From assembly GCA_044892505.1 (NCBI GenBank), contig CM097882.1:417818001-417882000 (forward strand): a stretch of 64,000 nucleotides of DNA, given 5' to 3'. Source of the stretch: Schmidtea nova (Eukaryota). A program made the translations under genes and the position numbers. Under the pieces are notes generated by a model. That model was not told the DNA's origin, did no database searches, and saw nothing but the letters and a program-made list of their open reading frames with translations. Shown piece by piece: positions 36,400 to 52,091 of the stretch. Each line of letters opens with the position of its first letter. The stretch's first letter is position 1.

Positions 36400-36956
36400 C
36401 ACGCGTGTTTTGTAATTAAATTTGTATATTTAACTTACATAAAATATTTTTATTGTATTTTCATTATAACATTGTATGTATAAAATTTAAATGTCTACAA
36501 AATGACCTGATTGGAAATTTACTATCTTGGTTTGTTTTAAGACATACATGTTTTGTATTTAAATTTGCATTTTTCATATATATAAATTAACTTTAATGAG
36601 TTTTACTTGTAATAATATAAATATAAGATTTAAATTTCTACAAAATGGCTTGATTGGTAATTTAGTTTGTTAGTGTGTTTGTATTACACACATTTTTGTA
36701 GTCAAATTTGTATATTTCATCTATTTAAAATGACTTTATTGAGTTTTCATTGTAATCATGTAGAGATAAAATTTAAAATTCTACAAAATGGCTTAATTAA
36801 AATTTTTTTAAGTTGCTGTTTTTCGTGTTGTATACATGTTTTGTAATTAATTTTAGATTTTTCACATATATAAAATTATTTTGTTGAGATTTCATTATAA
36901 TATTGAACATATAAAATTTAATTTCCTTGAAAATGACTTTATTCAAAATTATGTAT
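36400..36956. repeat. ~143-bp degenerate satellite (unit 2)
   Basis: Copy of 28485-29041. Confidence 0.85.
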
Positions 36957-37149
36957 TGTAATACGATTACTAAACGAAAATAATTAGTGAGCACAGCAAC
37001 TGTTTATTTAATTAAAAATATATTTCAATATATCGATATAAATTACCGCAAAGTAATATGTTAGCGACAAGAGCTATTGCATAATAGTCTCGTCGTTCAA
37101 CACTATTACGCAACAGTGTCACAGTATTTTATTGCACATTCAACCGTGA

Positions 37150-39872
37150 TCAGTACGCTGTATCCAAGTCATGCTGATCAAGATAAAGTTGCTTCCTCTT
37201 ATGTCGTCTCGGCCAGTCCTCACGTGTAGCAGCTTCCATCTCCTCACTTGCTCGGTCTGTCTGGGGTTGATATTCGAATCTGTCATCAGCAACATCTTCT
37301 TCTACTGCTGGTTGGATGTGTAAAATGTGTCGCGATGTTCCATCCACTTCAATGTTTGTGGCAGAATTAATTCCGGTTACAATTTCAATGGGCTATTGAG
37401 TAGTACACTTTGCCCAGTTGTATATTCACATGTTACTGAGAGTTCATCTTCTTTTCCTCGGTGAAATCTCCAATGATACTTGAACAACCCTTCTGACGGG
37501 GATGTGTCCTGATTGGTGCCATCTCTAGGCGCGGCGTTGTACCAGAAGACAATATCTCGGGGATCTGCATGACTCCTGGCTGCATGACACTTTATTGTCC
37601 GGTGGCTTTTTTTACAATCCAATTTACAGCGGGCCGATAAGCGCATCTGTAGGGTGGCATAACATTCCATCTACAACACAGCTCTCTGAGGGAATTAGAT
37701 TGAAAACTTGATCCATTATCCATCAATAGTTCTGATACTAGGCTTCTCTCTCGAAATACTTCCTCCAAATTTCTCAATGTTTGGGGCGTCCTTGTGGTCT
37801 ATTTTCCTCCATATTGCAAATCTGTTAGGCAAGCAGTCTACCATTGTCATAAATATGGATCTCTCGTAGTGCGTGACGTCAACCACCAATCTCTTCCAGT
37901 TTTCCGTGACTTCCAGTGTACCGTACTTCCAATTAATCGATTCTGTACAGTTTCTCAAGACGTCTTTTTTCCTGTCTCGATCGGTTTCCGGATTTTCCGA
38001 TTGAATGAAGTAGATTGATTTTTTTCAAAACCGAAATGGTGTTTGCGATGGCGGTCCTTTATTTGCTCTGTTGACAGTCTTACACATCCAAAACAATTCC
38101 CAGGCTTCAGCCAATTCATTGGAACACGCGTAAAGACATCTGTTCGGTTCTCTGTTGACTTCAATAAACATACAGAGATAGTTATATTTTCATCGGCGGT
38201 GAGTTCATTGAGTTCTCCAGGCGTTTCAGAAATTACATGGACCCTTATGTTGCTTTTTTTATTCATCGCTGTTTATAACCAGGTTGTCACGGTGGCCGAA
38301 TCCACCATCAATTCGATTCTCTTAACTCCCCATTGTATAGCCAAATTAATACCCTTAAGCACCGCATCAAGTTCTGCAGCATTTATATGAGAGTGGTCAT
38401 CGCCTTTTCTGAGCCAAGAAACATCATCAACGACATCACCATTTATTACCAGCATAACCCCTAAGACGAAACTACTCGAATCACACCACAGAACCTCGCA
38501 ATCGTTATTTGTTACCGTCCACCTTCCCTTGATTGGATCTTTTGATTTAACACGAGTGATCACTTCTGCCAGCTTCGATTCGCATTCTTTTCCAATTAGT
38601 TCATCCCATTTCGTACCATTTGCAATTTTTTTAATATAACTGAACGCGACTCTGAGCCACCCTGCAACTGAATAATGTCCAACAAGTTTACCGCAAATAA
38701 AGAACAGCATACGACGAGTGATTTCACTTTCGATTGCACCGATATCATTTCCCCTGATTCATGACAGGTGGCCCGCACGATCACGTTTTATTCTGAGCCC
38801 AAGAACCTTTGAGTTTTCTATTGATCCTGCTGGCTTTGTAGTCAAGCCGTATTGAGCTAAGTGATTCACGACCTCGTTAACTTGAACTTTGCTTGTGTCA
38901 ACAGCGATGTCATCAATGTAGTGATCTGTTGCATCTTTGATTCTGGTTGGAATCTTAACACTTTCCTGAGCACTTGAGACATTATTTTTGAAGAACAGTT
39001 GAAGCCGAATCCCAATCCTGTTAAGTAATACAGCTTGTCTTTGTATCGAACATTTTGGTATTCCCAAAGATCTTCGCTGAAGTGTAACTGCACATAGGCA
39101 TTCTTTGAAAATCAAGCACTAACACCTTATCTCCCATTTGTCGACATTTCTTCAAACTTTCGCCTCATACATCACATACTGTCACCCGTGTGACTCCTAC
39201 CGTAATTATTGAGCTCTCTGAAGTCAATAACCAGTCGGACTTTCCCTTTGTTTTTTTGCATTGCTGCTGACAAAAGCAAAATACCATGATCGTCGCTGTT
39301 CGCCGGAATCAACCAGTATTCCTTGATCCAGTTCTCGATCTCCTTTTCATGCTCATTTCGCATTTCTGGTTTTACTGTATATACTGCAACATGGTTTTCA
39401 GCAGGACAGGTTTGTTCTTATCGAATGACGCTGAAAAATCGTCATCTTCAATTTTTACTTGATTCTGTTTCACGATCTGCACTGATGAAACAGCACATCC
39501 ACCAAATTACACTTCTTCTTTATTACTCCAAACGCATCCAAGAAGTCTGATTGCATCAAGTCCCACAACTACGTCAACCCCTGCTACAAGATTTTCCATT
39601 ATTAAACAATTTACCATAACACATGATCCCCGTACGGATATTCTGCATTGGCTCTCTCCTTTGCAAGGCACTCTACGACCATCAACAGAGATGACGTCCC
39701 TGGTTTCGCCTCTACTTTTCGTAAGCCGCATGGATGCTATTGTTTGGGAGCATCCAGGATCAACCAATCCAACTCACCACTTTCCATTCACCTTGAGCTT
39801 GACTATCCCCTAAGCCATTCCCGACATTATTGAGAAACCGCTGGCGCTACAGTTTCTCTTCTGGCGTTTCCC
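37150..39872 (-). pseudogene. pol: pol pseudogene (unit 2)
   Basis: Same fragments as unit 1; R>Q change in the integrase C-terminal fragment. Confidence 0.92.
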
Positions 39873-40468
39873 TGTGATCTTTTTGGACATTGTCCGGACG
39901 AGTGCTCTGTGTTCCTACATGTCCAACATTCTTGCTTAGGACATTTTTTCAAGTAGTGTCCAGGTCTCCCACAACCGTAACAGAGTCTACTTTCCATTCT
40001 ATTATTGTTAGGCGATGTCTTTGACGCGACCAGTCCGACCGACATGGAATGTTCTGATAACAGAGCATGAGCTTGCCGAACTATTTCTGTAAGGCTCATT
40101 TCATGAATTTTTTCCGAGGCTCTCATCTGTTGGGATTCTGGCAATGGCAAACCTGTAACAAATGCCCTCTTGATCAGATTATCTTCTTGAATGCCAGCCA
40201 CTGTGATCAATTGCTTTAAATCCGCGAGGAAGTCGTCCACCAGCTCCCCTTTCCATGACTTATTTAAAAATTTATCATAGGTCTGGAAACCGTCCATTAA
40301 AAATGTGTCTAACAGCACCTTTTGATTGCATTACAGCAACGCTTATCTTTTTCCATCAAATGATCGTAGACAAAAAATGCAGGCCCCTCTAACGACAACG
40401 TTAGCACAAGTGATATATCGATAATACACCTATTCATCATAGGGCTTTATAAATTTTTGTAATTCCAT
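39827..40468 (-). pseudogene. gag: gag pseudogene (unit 2)
   Basis: Identical translation to unit 1. Confidence 0.92.
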
Positions 40469-41492
40469 TACCACGATAGCTTGTAGGACGATTTCTAAAC
40501 GAAAAGAATTAGTGAGCACAACAACTGCTTATTTAATTAAAACTAGATTTCAATATATCGATATAAATTACCGCAACGTTAGCGACAAGAGGTATTGCAC
40601 AATAGTCTCGTCATTCAACACTATTACGCAACAGTGTCGCAGTATTTTCTTGCACATGTATGTCGATATGTTTGTAATGCACACATATTTTGTAATAAAA
40701 TTTGTATATTTTATTTATATTTAATAATTTCATAAAGTTTTCATTGTAATATTGTATGTGAAATTTTAAATACCACAACGTATGAAAACCCGAGTCATCA
40801 ACAAAATTATATAATTACCGGAGAAATTGGATGATCTAGAGGAAGCCCGGATGAGCAGCAGATAAACCAATTACCCTGAACAAAAATTAATTATCAGTAA
40901 ACACGAATGAAAATAGAAAACCCAAGCGGTAAGGAGAACCAAAACCTAAATTATATAATTAGCTTTTTTAGACTAATTGATCGAGAGGTGTTGACCAATA
41001 ATTCAATCAAAAAATACTATCAAAAGAGAAGCAAGTTAAGTATTATTGCCACTTGGTCAAAGACAGATTTCTTTGAGTTATTCAAAGGGTTAGCTACAGA
41101 TTTTCACTCATCAAATCAATTATCGCGTACAAGAAAAGGGATCTCCTATTGGAAGACCTACCCCTATCGCAGAAAAGTACCGATTGGTTAAAAAGGGTTA
41201 GCGATATTATAATTGTGGAGTGAAAATTAAAAATTATTGTGTTAGGTGATTTGTATTGATTTTATTGAAAGGAGCACGAAGAGTCAGAAATTTATAGACC
41301 TAATAATAAACCCAACACTTGTATGTTAATAAATATTATGTTTTCATTTGATTTTTTACTTTGTAATATGTCTCATATGATACCCATTCAAATAAAGTCA
41401 TTTAAATTTCGTTAAAGACAGAAAATGTAGACAGAAAATTTCTTTTAATTAAATAATTTGTTAGATTAAATAGATAATTGTATACATTAAAT

Positions 41493-41878
41493 AAAGGGTG
41501 GCCAACTCCAATGATCTTGCAGACCACATATAAAATTATATATCACCATATTAGATTTAAATACACTATAAACATTTTTTTTCATTGTAAATAGAAACAT
41601 GAGTTATTATTATTTTGTTTACTATTATCCTTACATGTAAAATAGATAATATAATAATGATACTATTTTCTTCCACTATTCGTCTTTTCTTTGCTGTCAT
41701 ACTTCATATTACCGAAAATACACTGAAAATGTTTGTTTATCGATACAATTAAAATGTTTAAATTACCCTGGCCTTTATAAAATAAATATATTTTGTAAAA
41801 GTGTGATGAATCTCGCGGGCCAAAAAGTGTTGAAGGCGGGCCGAGTGCGGCCCACGGGCCGTGGGATGGCCAACCCTG
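41493..41878. mobile_element. hAT-type MITE (unit 3)
   Basis: Copy of 25663-26048. Confidence 0.8.
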
Positions 41879-43765
41879 TATTAAATAGATTTAAAAATGT
41901 ATAAATAGATAATTATCGACATTGATTGATAAGTTTTTAAATAAGTAAAAGCAGGATATACTATTGCATTGAACTAAAAAAAGTATTTTTTTTATTGTTT
42001 TATGCGTTGAAAATATACATGCAGCGAAATAAGTAATTTCAAAATCCAAGTAAACACCAAATAATACAAAGTATAAACATAATACAATAAGTTTAATAAA
42101 CATGATCATTTAAAATATAAAATGCAAACTATGACAAGCGCCGACACAATAGGTATACAAACGGCTTATCATAAGTTGCTCAGGATAAGAAAAACAATAA
42201 AAAAGACCACATGAAAATTGAATTTTTGAAATATTATTGATGGTGTTGAGTAAAAACAAAACCAAACTAATTTTTGTGTAACAGTAGTGGAAACATACCT
42301 TGAAGAAGTCGCGCACAAAGTGAATTTATAGTTCTAAGCAGAAACTTTAAATAAACAAAAAACTAACAATTTGTTTGCGTGTATGGGCTGTTACGAAAAA
42401 ATATTTGGTCTCTAAGGATTACTATAACCCACGCCATATCATAAATATTAACTACCTCACTCATGTACCCATATTTACTCCTTGGCAAACTATGTTGGTA
42501 ATGTACACAGTGGCGAAAATCTAGTGAGTAAGTGAGTTTCGCTGCTAAAACTACTCAATAAATTCTCTCTTTCAAGTTCCTTCTGCCGATAGAAAAACTT
42601 ACGCACCTATCTATTTTACGGTCATGACGGATTATTAATTCTTAGCGTCCTATCACTTAATGTTATCTCAGATCTACGTTTATTTATTCCCAAAAATATC
42701 TGAATAATCATCCTGCTTATATATTCCTTAATTGTTCAATACTACTCTCAATGACCTCAAATTTACCCCTTTAATTATTATATACCACGGCTTTCACCTC
42801 GCATTCGCCTGGCGAATTGTAGGACTAAGGCTTCGTGGGAAACCATCGGTGAAATCACAACACACGATCTCATAATTATTAATTAAGTTTAGGGAAAATC
42901 AAATTGAACAGAGCTTGAACAAAATAAAATCACATTTAAAATGTTTTTGAGTAAAATCACTTTATTACACCTTACACAGAAATAAAGTATACTTGAATAG
43001 TCCTGCAAACTGTTCCACTTGAATAACAAAATACAATGACTGCTGCTGGCTGGTAGAATAAAATTGCTCTCCGTGAAAAAAGAAATCAAAATATTGAAAA
43101 TGGAAAAAAGTTAAATTGTAGTTTTGTGTTGTCTTATGATTTTTCGGCGTCTATTTAGATTAATTCTAAATGACGTCTACTCATTCTATTCATTAAATCA
43201 AAATATTTGTAATTTGATTTATATAATTAGTTTAAAATTTAAATTATTTTTTAATAAATAAATAAATTATTTATTTTTGTAACATTTTATTTTATAATTT
43301 ATTTTTTAAATATTTATTTTTAATTCTATTAATTAATGTGTGCATGTACTTTTTGCACGCTTTAATTGATTAATTAAAACAATCAAATTTTATTTCAATT
43401 TTATTTTCATTCCTATCTCCGTAATTTTGCCGACATTTTAATATATATTTTTCTATAATATTTAATAAATTATTCTCTTTATTCTAATACCGATTTTATT
43501 CTTTGATCATGCTTTTTGTTTTCTATATATTGTTAGGTTGTTGACCATCAATATGACCTTGACGATGGTATGGCTCATCATCAACAACTCAACACATAAA
43601 ACATTAGCTAACCATCTTATTGCCCGCTATAAAATAACGTTGGTGATGCAACAAATAGATAGACATCCGCAAACAGTGAGCGTCGAAAATATTAGAATGA
43701 CCGAATGTGACAATGGGTTCAAGGGCGCCCGATAGAAGGTTCTTTGCCAATTTTTACCTATACTT

Positions 43766-44176
43766 AGTAGGGGGAAGTGTGGACGGGAGCACAAAACATA
43801 TGACGTCATCGCATGTGTACATCCAATTTAAATGAAGACCCCCGGGCAGTAGTTTTTTTTGCATAATCCCCCAAATTTGTTTTGCACACACACGATGAGT
43901 CATTAAAATTTATGTTTTATTTTTAAAGTCATTTTAAAGACAAACAATGAGATCAACTTAAGTTCAAGGTCGAGGTCATCTTGGGGTCAAAGTCGACTTA
44001 AGGTAAAGGTCATTTGAGATTATCATAAGGTCATATTTTTAAAATTCAAAATTTTCGACAAAAATTTAAAATTTAAAAAACTTTAAAAAATTCAAAAATT
44101 CAAAAAACTTAAAATTTTTCAAAATTAAAAATAAGAGGGAGGAATATACACTTCCCGCTCCACACTTCCTCTTACT
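43766..44176. mobile_element. 411-bp TIR element (unit 3)
   Basis: Copy of 27936-28346; C>A at 44064. Confidence 0.45.
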
Positions 44177-44314
44177 CTCCCGTTTATTTCTCACGAGATT
44201 TTTAACACTTTATATGTGTCTGATCAAGACTTTAGTGTAAGAATAGATAGACGAAATTTAATTATATACAAGATGGTTTTATTTAAAATTTAAACTGTTG
44301 CGTATTGTGTTGTG

Positions 44315-44871
44315 CACGCGTGTTTTGTAATTAAATTTGTATATTTAACTTACATAAAATATTTTTATTGTATTTTCATTATAACATTGTATGTATAAAA
44401 TTTAAATGTCTACAAAATGACCTGATTGGAAATTTACTATCTTGGTTTGTTTTAAGACATACATGTTTTGTATTTAAATTTGCATTTTTCATATATATAA
44501 ATTAACTTTAATGAGTTTTACTTGTAATAATATAAATATAAGATTTAAATTTCTACAAAATGGCTTGATTGGTAATTTAGTTTGTTAGTGTGTTTGTATT
44601 ACACACATTTTTGTAGTCAAATTTGTATATTTCATCTATTTAAAATGACTTTATTGAGTTTTCATTGTAATCATGTAGAGATAAAATTTAAAATTCTACA
44701 AAATGGCTTAATTAAAATTTTTTTAAGTTGCTGTTTTTCGTGTTGTATACATGTTTTGTAATTAATTTTAGATTTTTCACATATATAAAATTATTTTGTT
44801 GAGATTTCATTATAATATTGAACATATAAAATTTAATTTCCTTGAAAATGACTTTATTCAAAATTATGTAT
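44315..44871. repeat. ~143-bp degenerate satellite (unit 3)
   Basis: Copy of 28485-29041. Confidence 0.85.
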
Positions 44872-45064
44872 TGTAATACGATTACTAAACGAAAATAATT
44901 AGTGAGCACAGCAACTGTTTATTTAATTAAAAATATATTTCAATATATCGATATAAATTACCGCAAAGTAATATGTTAGCGACAAGAGCTATTGCATAAT
45001 AGTCTCGTCGTTCAACACTATTACGCAACAGTGTCACAGTATTTTATTGCACATTCAACCGTGA

Positions 45065-47787
45065 TCAGTACGCTGTATCCAAGTCATGCTGATCAAGATA
45101 AAGTTGCTTCCTCTTATGTCGTCTCGGCCAGTCCTCACGTGTAGCAGCTTCCATCTCCTCACTTGCTCGGTCTGTCTGGGGTTGATATTCGAATCTGTCA
45201 TCAGCAACATCTTCTTCTACTGCTGGTCGGATGTGTAAAATGTGTCGCGATGTTCCATCCACTTCAATGTTTGTGGCAGAATTAATTCCGGTTACAATTT
45301 CAATGGGCTATTGAGTAGTACACTTTGCCCAGTTGTATATTCACATGTTACTGAGAGTTCATCTTCTTTTCCTCGGTGAAATCTCCAATGATACTTGAAC
45401 AACCCTTCTGACGGGGATGTGTCCTGATTGGTGCCATCTCTAGGCGCGGCGTTGTACCATAAGACAATATCTCGGGGATCTGCATGACTCCTGGCTGCAT
45501 GACACTTTATTGTCCGGTGGCTTTTTTTACAATCCAATTTACAGCGGGCCGATAAGCGCATCTGTAGGGTGGCATAACATTCCATCTACAACACAGCTCT
45601 CTGAGGGAATTAGATTGAAAACTTGATCCATTATCCATCAATAGTTCTGATACTAGGCTTCTCTCTCGAAATACTTCCTCCAAATTTCTCAATGTTTGGG
45701 GCGTCCTTGTGGTCTATTTTCCTCCATATTGCAAATCTGTTAGGCAAGCAGTCTACCATTGTCATAAATATGGATCTCTCGTAGTGCGTGACGTCAACCA
45801 CCAATCTCTTCCAGTTTTCCGTGACTTCCAGTGTACCGTACTTCCAATTAATCGATTCTGTACAGTTTCTCAAGACGTCTTTTTTCCTGTCTCGATCGGT
45901 TTCCGGATTTTCCGATTGAATGAAGTAGATTGATTTTTTTCAAAACCGAAATGGTGTTTGCGATGGCGGTCCTTTATTTGCTCTGTTGACAGTCTTACAC
46001 ATCCAAAACAATTCCCAGGCTTCAGCCAATTCATTGGAACACGCGTAAAGACATCTGTTCGGTTCTCTGTTGACTTCAATAAACATACAGAGATAGTTAT
46101 ATTTTCATCGGCGGTGAGTTCATTGAGTTCTCCAGGCGTTTCAGAAATTACATGGACCCTTATGTTGCTTTTTTTATTCATCGCTGTTTATAACCAGGTT
46201 GTCACGGTGGCCGAATCCACCATCAATTCGATTCTCTTAACTCCCCATTGTATAGCCAAATTAATACCCTTAAGCACCGCATCAAGTTCTGCAGCATTTA
46301 TATGAGAGTGGTCATCGCCTTTTCTGAGCCAAGAAACATCATCAACGACATCACCATTTATTACCAGCATAACCCCTAAGACGAAACTACTCGAATCACA
46401 CCACAGAACCTCGCAATCGTTATTTGTTACCGTCCACCTTCCCTTGATTGGATCTTTTGATTTAACACGAGTGATCACTTCTGCCAGCTTCGATTCGCAT
46501 TCTTTTCCAATTAGTTCATCCCATTTCGTACCATTTGCAATTTTTTTAATATAACTGAACGCGACTCTGAGCCACCCTGCAACTGAATAATGTCCAACAA
46601 GTTTACCGCAAATAAAGAACAGCATACGACGAGTGATTTCACTTTCGATTGCACCGATATCATTTCCCCTGATTCATGACAGGTGGCCCGCACGATCACG
46701 TTTTATTCTGAGCCCAAGAACCTTTGAGTTTTCTATTGATCCTGCTGGCTTTGTAGTCAAGCCGTATTGAGCTAAGTGATTCACGACCTCGTTAACTTGA
46801 ACTTTGCTTGTGTCAACAGCGATGTCATCAATGTAGTGATCTGTTGCATCTTTGATTCTGGTTGGAATCTTAACACTTTCCTGAGCACTTGAGACATTAT
46901 TTTTGAAGAACAGTTGAAGCCGAATCCCAATCCTGTTAAGTAATACAGCTTGTCTTTGTATCGAACATTTTGGTATTCCCAAAGATCTTCGCTGAAGTGT
47001 AACTGCACATAGGCATTCTTTGAAAATCAAGCACTAACACCTTATCTCCCATTTGTCGACATTTCTTCAAACTTTCGCCTCATACATCACATACTGTCAC
47101 CCGTGTGACTCCTACCGTAATTATTGAGCTCTCTGAAGTCAATAACCAGTCGGACTTTCCCTTTGTTTTTTTGCATTGCTGCTGACAAAAGCAAAATACC
47201 ATGATCGTCGCTGTTCGCCGGAATCAACCAGTATTCCTTGATCCAGTTCTCGATCTCCTTTTCATGCTCATTTCGCATTTCTGGTTTTACTGTATATACT
47301 GCAACATGGTTTTCAGCAGGACAGGTTTGTTCTTATCGAATGACGCTGAAAAATCGTCATCTTCAATTTTTACTTGATTCTGTTTCACGATCTGCACTGA
47401 TGAAACAGCACATCCACCAAATTACACTTCTTCTTTATTACTCCAAACGCATCCAAGAAGTCTGATTGCATCAAGTCCCACAACTACGTCAACCCCTGCT
47501 ACAAGATTTTCCATTATTAAACAATTTACCATAACACATGATCCCCGTACGGATATTCTGCATTGGCTCTCTCCTTTGCAAGGCACTCTACGACCATCAA
47601 CAGAGATGACGTCCCTGGTTTCGCCTCTACTTTTCGTAAGCCGCATGGATGCTATTGTTTGGGAGCATCCAGGATCAACCAATCCAACTCACCACTTTCC
47701 ATTCACCTTGAGCTTGACTATCCCCTAAGCCATTCCCGACATTATTGAGAAACCGCTGGCGCTACAGTTTCTCTTCTGGCGTTTCCC
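45065..47787 (-). pseudogene. pol: pol pseudogene (unit 3)
   Basis: Same fragments; IVFWY>IVLWY. Confidence 0.92.
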
Positions 47788-48383
47788 TGTGATCTTTTTG
47801 GACATTGTCCGGACGAGTGCTCTGTGTTCCTACATGTCCAACATTCTTGCTTAGGACATTTTTTCAAGTAGTGTCCAGGTCTCCCACAACCGTAACAGAG
47901 TCTACTTTCCATTCTATTATTGTTAGGCGATGTCTTTGACGCGACCAGTCCGACCGACATGGAATGTTCTGATAACAGAGCATGAGCTTGCCGAACTATT
48001 TCTGTAAGGCTCATTTCATGAATTTTTTCCGAGGCTCTCATCTGTTGGGATTCTGGCAATGGCAAACCTGTAACAAATGCCCTCTTGATCAGATTATCTT
48101 CTTGAATGCCAGCCACTGTGATCAATTGCTTTAAATCCGCGAGGAAGTCGTCCACCAGCTCCCCTTTCCATGACTTATTTAAAAATTTATCATAGGTCTG
48201 GAAACCGTCCATTAAAAATGTGTCTAACAGCACCTTTTGATTGCATTACAGCAACGCTTATCTTTTTCCATCAAATGATCGTAGACAAAAAATGCAGGCC
48301 CCTCTAACGACAACGTTAGCACAAGTGATATATCGATAATACACCTATTCATCATAGGGCTTTATAAATTTTTGTAATTCCAT
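47742..48383 (-). pseudogene. gag: gag pseudogene (unit 3)
   Basis: Identical translation to unit 1. Confidence 0.92.
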
Positions 48384-49407
48384 TACCACGATAGCTTGTA
48401 GGACGATTTCTAAACGAAAAGAATTAGTGAGCACAACAACTGCTTATTTAATTAAAACTAGATTTCAATATATCGATATAAATTACCGCAACGTTAGCGA
48501 CAAGAGGTATTGCACAATAGTCTCGTCATTCAACACTATTACGCAACAGTGTCGCAGTATTTTCTTGCACATGTATGTCGATATGTTTGTAATGCACACA
48601 TATTTTGTAATAAAATTTGTATATTTTATTTATATTTAATAATTTCATAAAGTTTTCATTGTAATATTGTATGTGAAATTTTAAATACCACAACGTATGA
48701 AAACCCGAGTCATCAACAAAATTATATAATTACCGGAGAAATTGGATGATCTAGAGGAAGCCCGGATGAGCAGCAGATAAACCAATTACCCTGAACAAAA
48801 ATTAATTATCAGTAAACACGAATGAAAATAGAAAACCCAAGCGGTAAGGAGAACCAAAACCTAAATTATATAATTAGCTTTTTTAGACTAATTGATCGAG
48901 AGGTGTTGACCAATAATTCAATCAAAAAATACTATCAAAAGAGAAGCAAGTTAAGTATTATTGCCACTTGGTCAAAGACAGATTTCTTTGAGTTATTCAA
49001 AGGGTTAGCTACAGATTTTCACTCATCAAATCAATTATCGCGTACAAGAAAAGGGATCTCCTATTGGAAGACCTACCCCTATCGCAGAAAAGTACCGATT
49101 GGTTAAAAAGGGTTAGCGATATTATAATTGTGGAGTGAAAATTAAAAATTATTGTGTTAGGTGATTTGTATTGATTTTATTGAAAGGAGCACGAAGAGTC
49201 AGAAATTTATAGACCTAATAATAAACCCAACACTTGTATGTTAATAAATATTATGTTTTCATTTGATTTTTTACTTTGTAATATGTCTCATATGATACCC
49301 ATTCAAATAAAGTCATTTAAATTTCGTTAAAGACAGAAAATGTAGACAGAAAATTTCTTTTAATTAAATAATTTGTTAGATTAAATAGATAATTGTATAC
49401 ATTAAAT

Positions 49408-49793
49408 AAAGGGTGGCCAACTCCAATGATCTTGCAGACCACATATAAAATTATATATCACCATATTAGATTTAAATACACTATAAACATTTTTTTTCAT
49501 TGTAAATAGAAACATGAGTTATTATTATTTTGTTTACTATTATCCTTACATGTAAAATAGATAATATAATAATGATACTATTTTCTTCCACTATTCGTCT
49601 TTTCTTTGCTGTCATACTTCATATTACCGAAAATACACTGAAAATGTTTGTTTATCGATACAATTAAAATGTTTAAATTACCCTGGCCTTTATAAAATAA
49701 ATATATTTTGTAAAAGTGTGATGAATCTCGCGGGCCAAAAAGTGTTGAAGGCGGGCCGAGTGCGGCCCACGGGCCGTGGGATGGCCAACCCTG
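49408..49793. mobile_element. hAT-type MITE (unit 4)
   Basis: Copy of 25663-26048. Confidence 0.8.
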
Positions 49794-51680
49794 TATTAAA
49801 TAGATTTAAAAATGTATAAATAGATAATTATCGACATTGATTGATAAGTTTTTAAATAAGTAAAAGCAGGATATACTATTGCATTGAACTAAAAAAAGTA
49901 TTTTTTTTATTGTTTTATGCGTTGAAAATATACATGCAGCGAAATAAGTAATTTCAAAATCCAAGTAAACACCAAATAATACAAAGTATAAACATAATAC
50001 AATAAGTTTAATAAACATGATCATTTAAAATATAAAATGCAAACTATGACAAGCGCCGACACAATAGGTATACAAACGGCTTATCATAAGTTGCTCAGGA
50101 TAAGAAAAACAATAAAAAAGACCACATGAAAATTGAATTTTTGAAATATTATTGATGGTGTTGAGTAAAAACAAAACCAAACTAATTTTTGTGTAACAGT
50201 AGTGGAAACATACCTTGAAGAAGTCGCGCACAAAGTGAATTTATAGTTCTAAGCAGAAACTTTAAATAAACAAAAAACTAACAATTTGTTTGCGTGTATG
50301 GGCTGTTACGAAAAAATATTTGGTCTCTAAGGATTACTATAACCCACGCCATATCATAAATATTAACTACCTCACTCATGTACCCATATTTACTCCTTGG
50401 CAAACTATGTTGGTAATGTACACAGTGGCGAAAATCTAGTGAGTAAGTGAGTTTCGCTGCTAAAACTACTCAATAAATTCTCTCTTTCAAGTTCCTTCTG
50501 CCGATAGAAAAACTTACGCACCTATCTATTTTACGGTCATGACGGATTATTAATTCTTAGCGTCCTATCACTTAATGTTATCTCAGATCTACGTTTATTT
50601 ATTCCCAAAAATATCTGAATAATCATCCTGCTTATATATTCCTTAATTGTTCAATACTACTCTCAATGACCTCAAATTTACCCCTTTAATTATTATATAC
50701 CACGGCTTTCACCTCGCATTCGCCTGGCGAATTGTAGGACTAAGGCTTCGTGGGAAACCATCGGTGAAATCACAACACACGATCTCATAATTATTAATTA
50801 AGTTTAGGGAAAATCAAATTGAACAGAGCTTGAACAAAATAAAATCACATTTAAAATGTTTTTGAGTAAAATCACTTTATTACACCTTACACAGAAATAA
50901 AGTATACTTGAATAGTCCTGCAAACTGTTCCACTTGAATAACAAAATACAATGACTGCTGCTGGCTGGTAGAATAAAATTGCTCTCCGTGAAAAAAGAAA
51001 TCAAAATATTGAAAATGGAAAAAAGTTAAATTGTAGTTTTGTGTTGTCTTATGATTTTTCGGCGTCTATTTAGATTAATTCTAAATGACGTCTACTCATT
51101 CTATTCATTAAATCAAAATATTTGTAATTTGATTTATATAATTAGTTTAAAATTTAAATTATTTTTTAATAAATAAATAAATTATTTATTTTTGTAACAT
51201 TTTATTTTATAATTTATTTTTTAAATATTTATTTTTAATTCTATTAATTAATGTGTGCATGTACTTTTTGCACGCTTTAATTGATTAATTAAAACAATCA
51301 AATTTTATTTCAATTTTATTTTCATTCCTATCTCCGTAATTTTGCCGACATTTTAATATATATTTTTCTATAATATTTAATAAATTATTCTCTTTATTCT
51401 AATACCGATTTTATTCTTTGATCATGCTTTTTGTTTTCTATATATTGTTAGGTTGTTGACCATCAATATGACCTTGACGATGGTATGGCTCATCATCAAC
51501 AACTCAACACATAAAACATTAGCTAACCATCTTATTGCCCGCTATAAAATAACGTTGGTGATGCAACAAATAGATAGACATCCGCAAACAGTGAGCGTCG
51601 AAAATATTAGAATGACCGAATGTGACAATGGGTTCAAGGGCGCCCGATAGAAGGTTCTTTGCCAATTTTTACCTATACTT

Positions 51681-52091
51681 AGTAGGGGGAAGTGTGGACG
51701 GGAGCACAAAACATATGACGTCATCGCATGTGTACATCCAATTTAAATGAAGACCCCCGGGCAGTAGTTTTTTTTGCATAATCCCCCAAATTTGTTTTGC
51801 ACACACACGATGAGTCATTAAAATTTATGTTTTATTTTTAAAGTCATTTTAAAGACAAACAATGAGATCAACTTAAGTTCAAGGTCGAGGTCATCTTGGG
51901 GTCAAAGTCGACTTAAGGTAAAGGTCATTTGAGATTATCATAAGGTCATATTTTTAAAATTCAAAATTTTCGACAAAAATTTAAAATTTAAAAAACTTTA
52001 AAAAATTCAAAAATTCAAAAAACTTAAAATTTTTCAAAATTAAAAATAAGAGGGAGGAATATACACTTCCCGCTCCACACTTCCTCTTACT
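51681..52091. mobile_element. 411-bp TIR element (unit 4)
   Basis: Copy of 27936-28346; C>A at 51979. Confidence 0.45.

Larger units (their letters stand above)
36957..40656 (-). mobile_element. Decayed Ty3/Gypsy-like LTR retrotransposon (unit 2)
   Basis: Copy of 29042-32741 with the same TSD and lesions; private C>T at 37313. Confidence 0.95.
44872..48571 (-). mobile_element. Decayed Ty3/Gypsy-like LTR retrotransposon (unit 3)
   Basis: Copy of 29042-32741; G>T at 45460. Confidence 0.95.

Noticed and set aside
29042-40656. Tandem LTR retrotransposon array sharing LTRs
   Set aside because: Copies are separated by 4.2 kb of non-element DNA, and each has both LTRs and the same TGTAT TSD.
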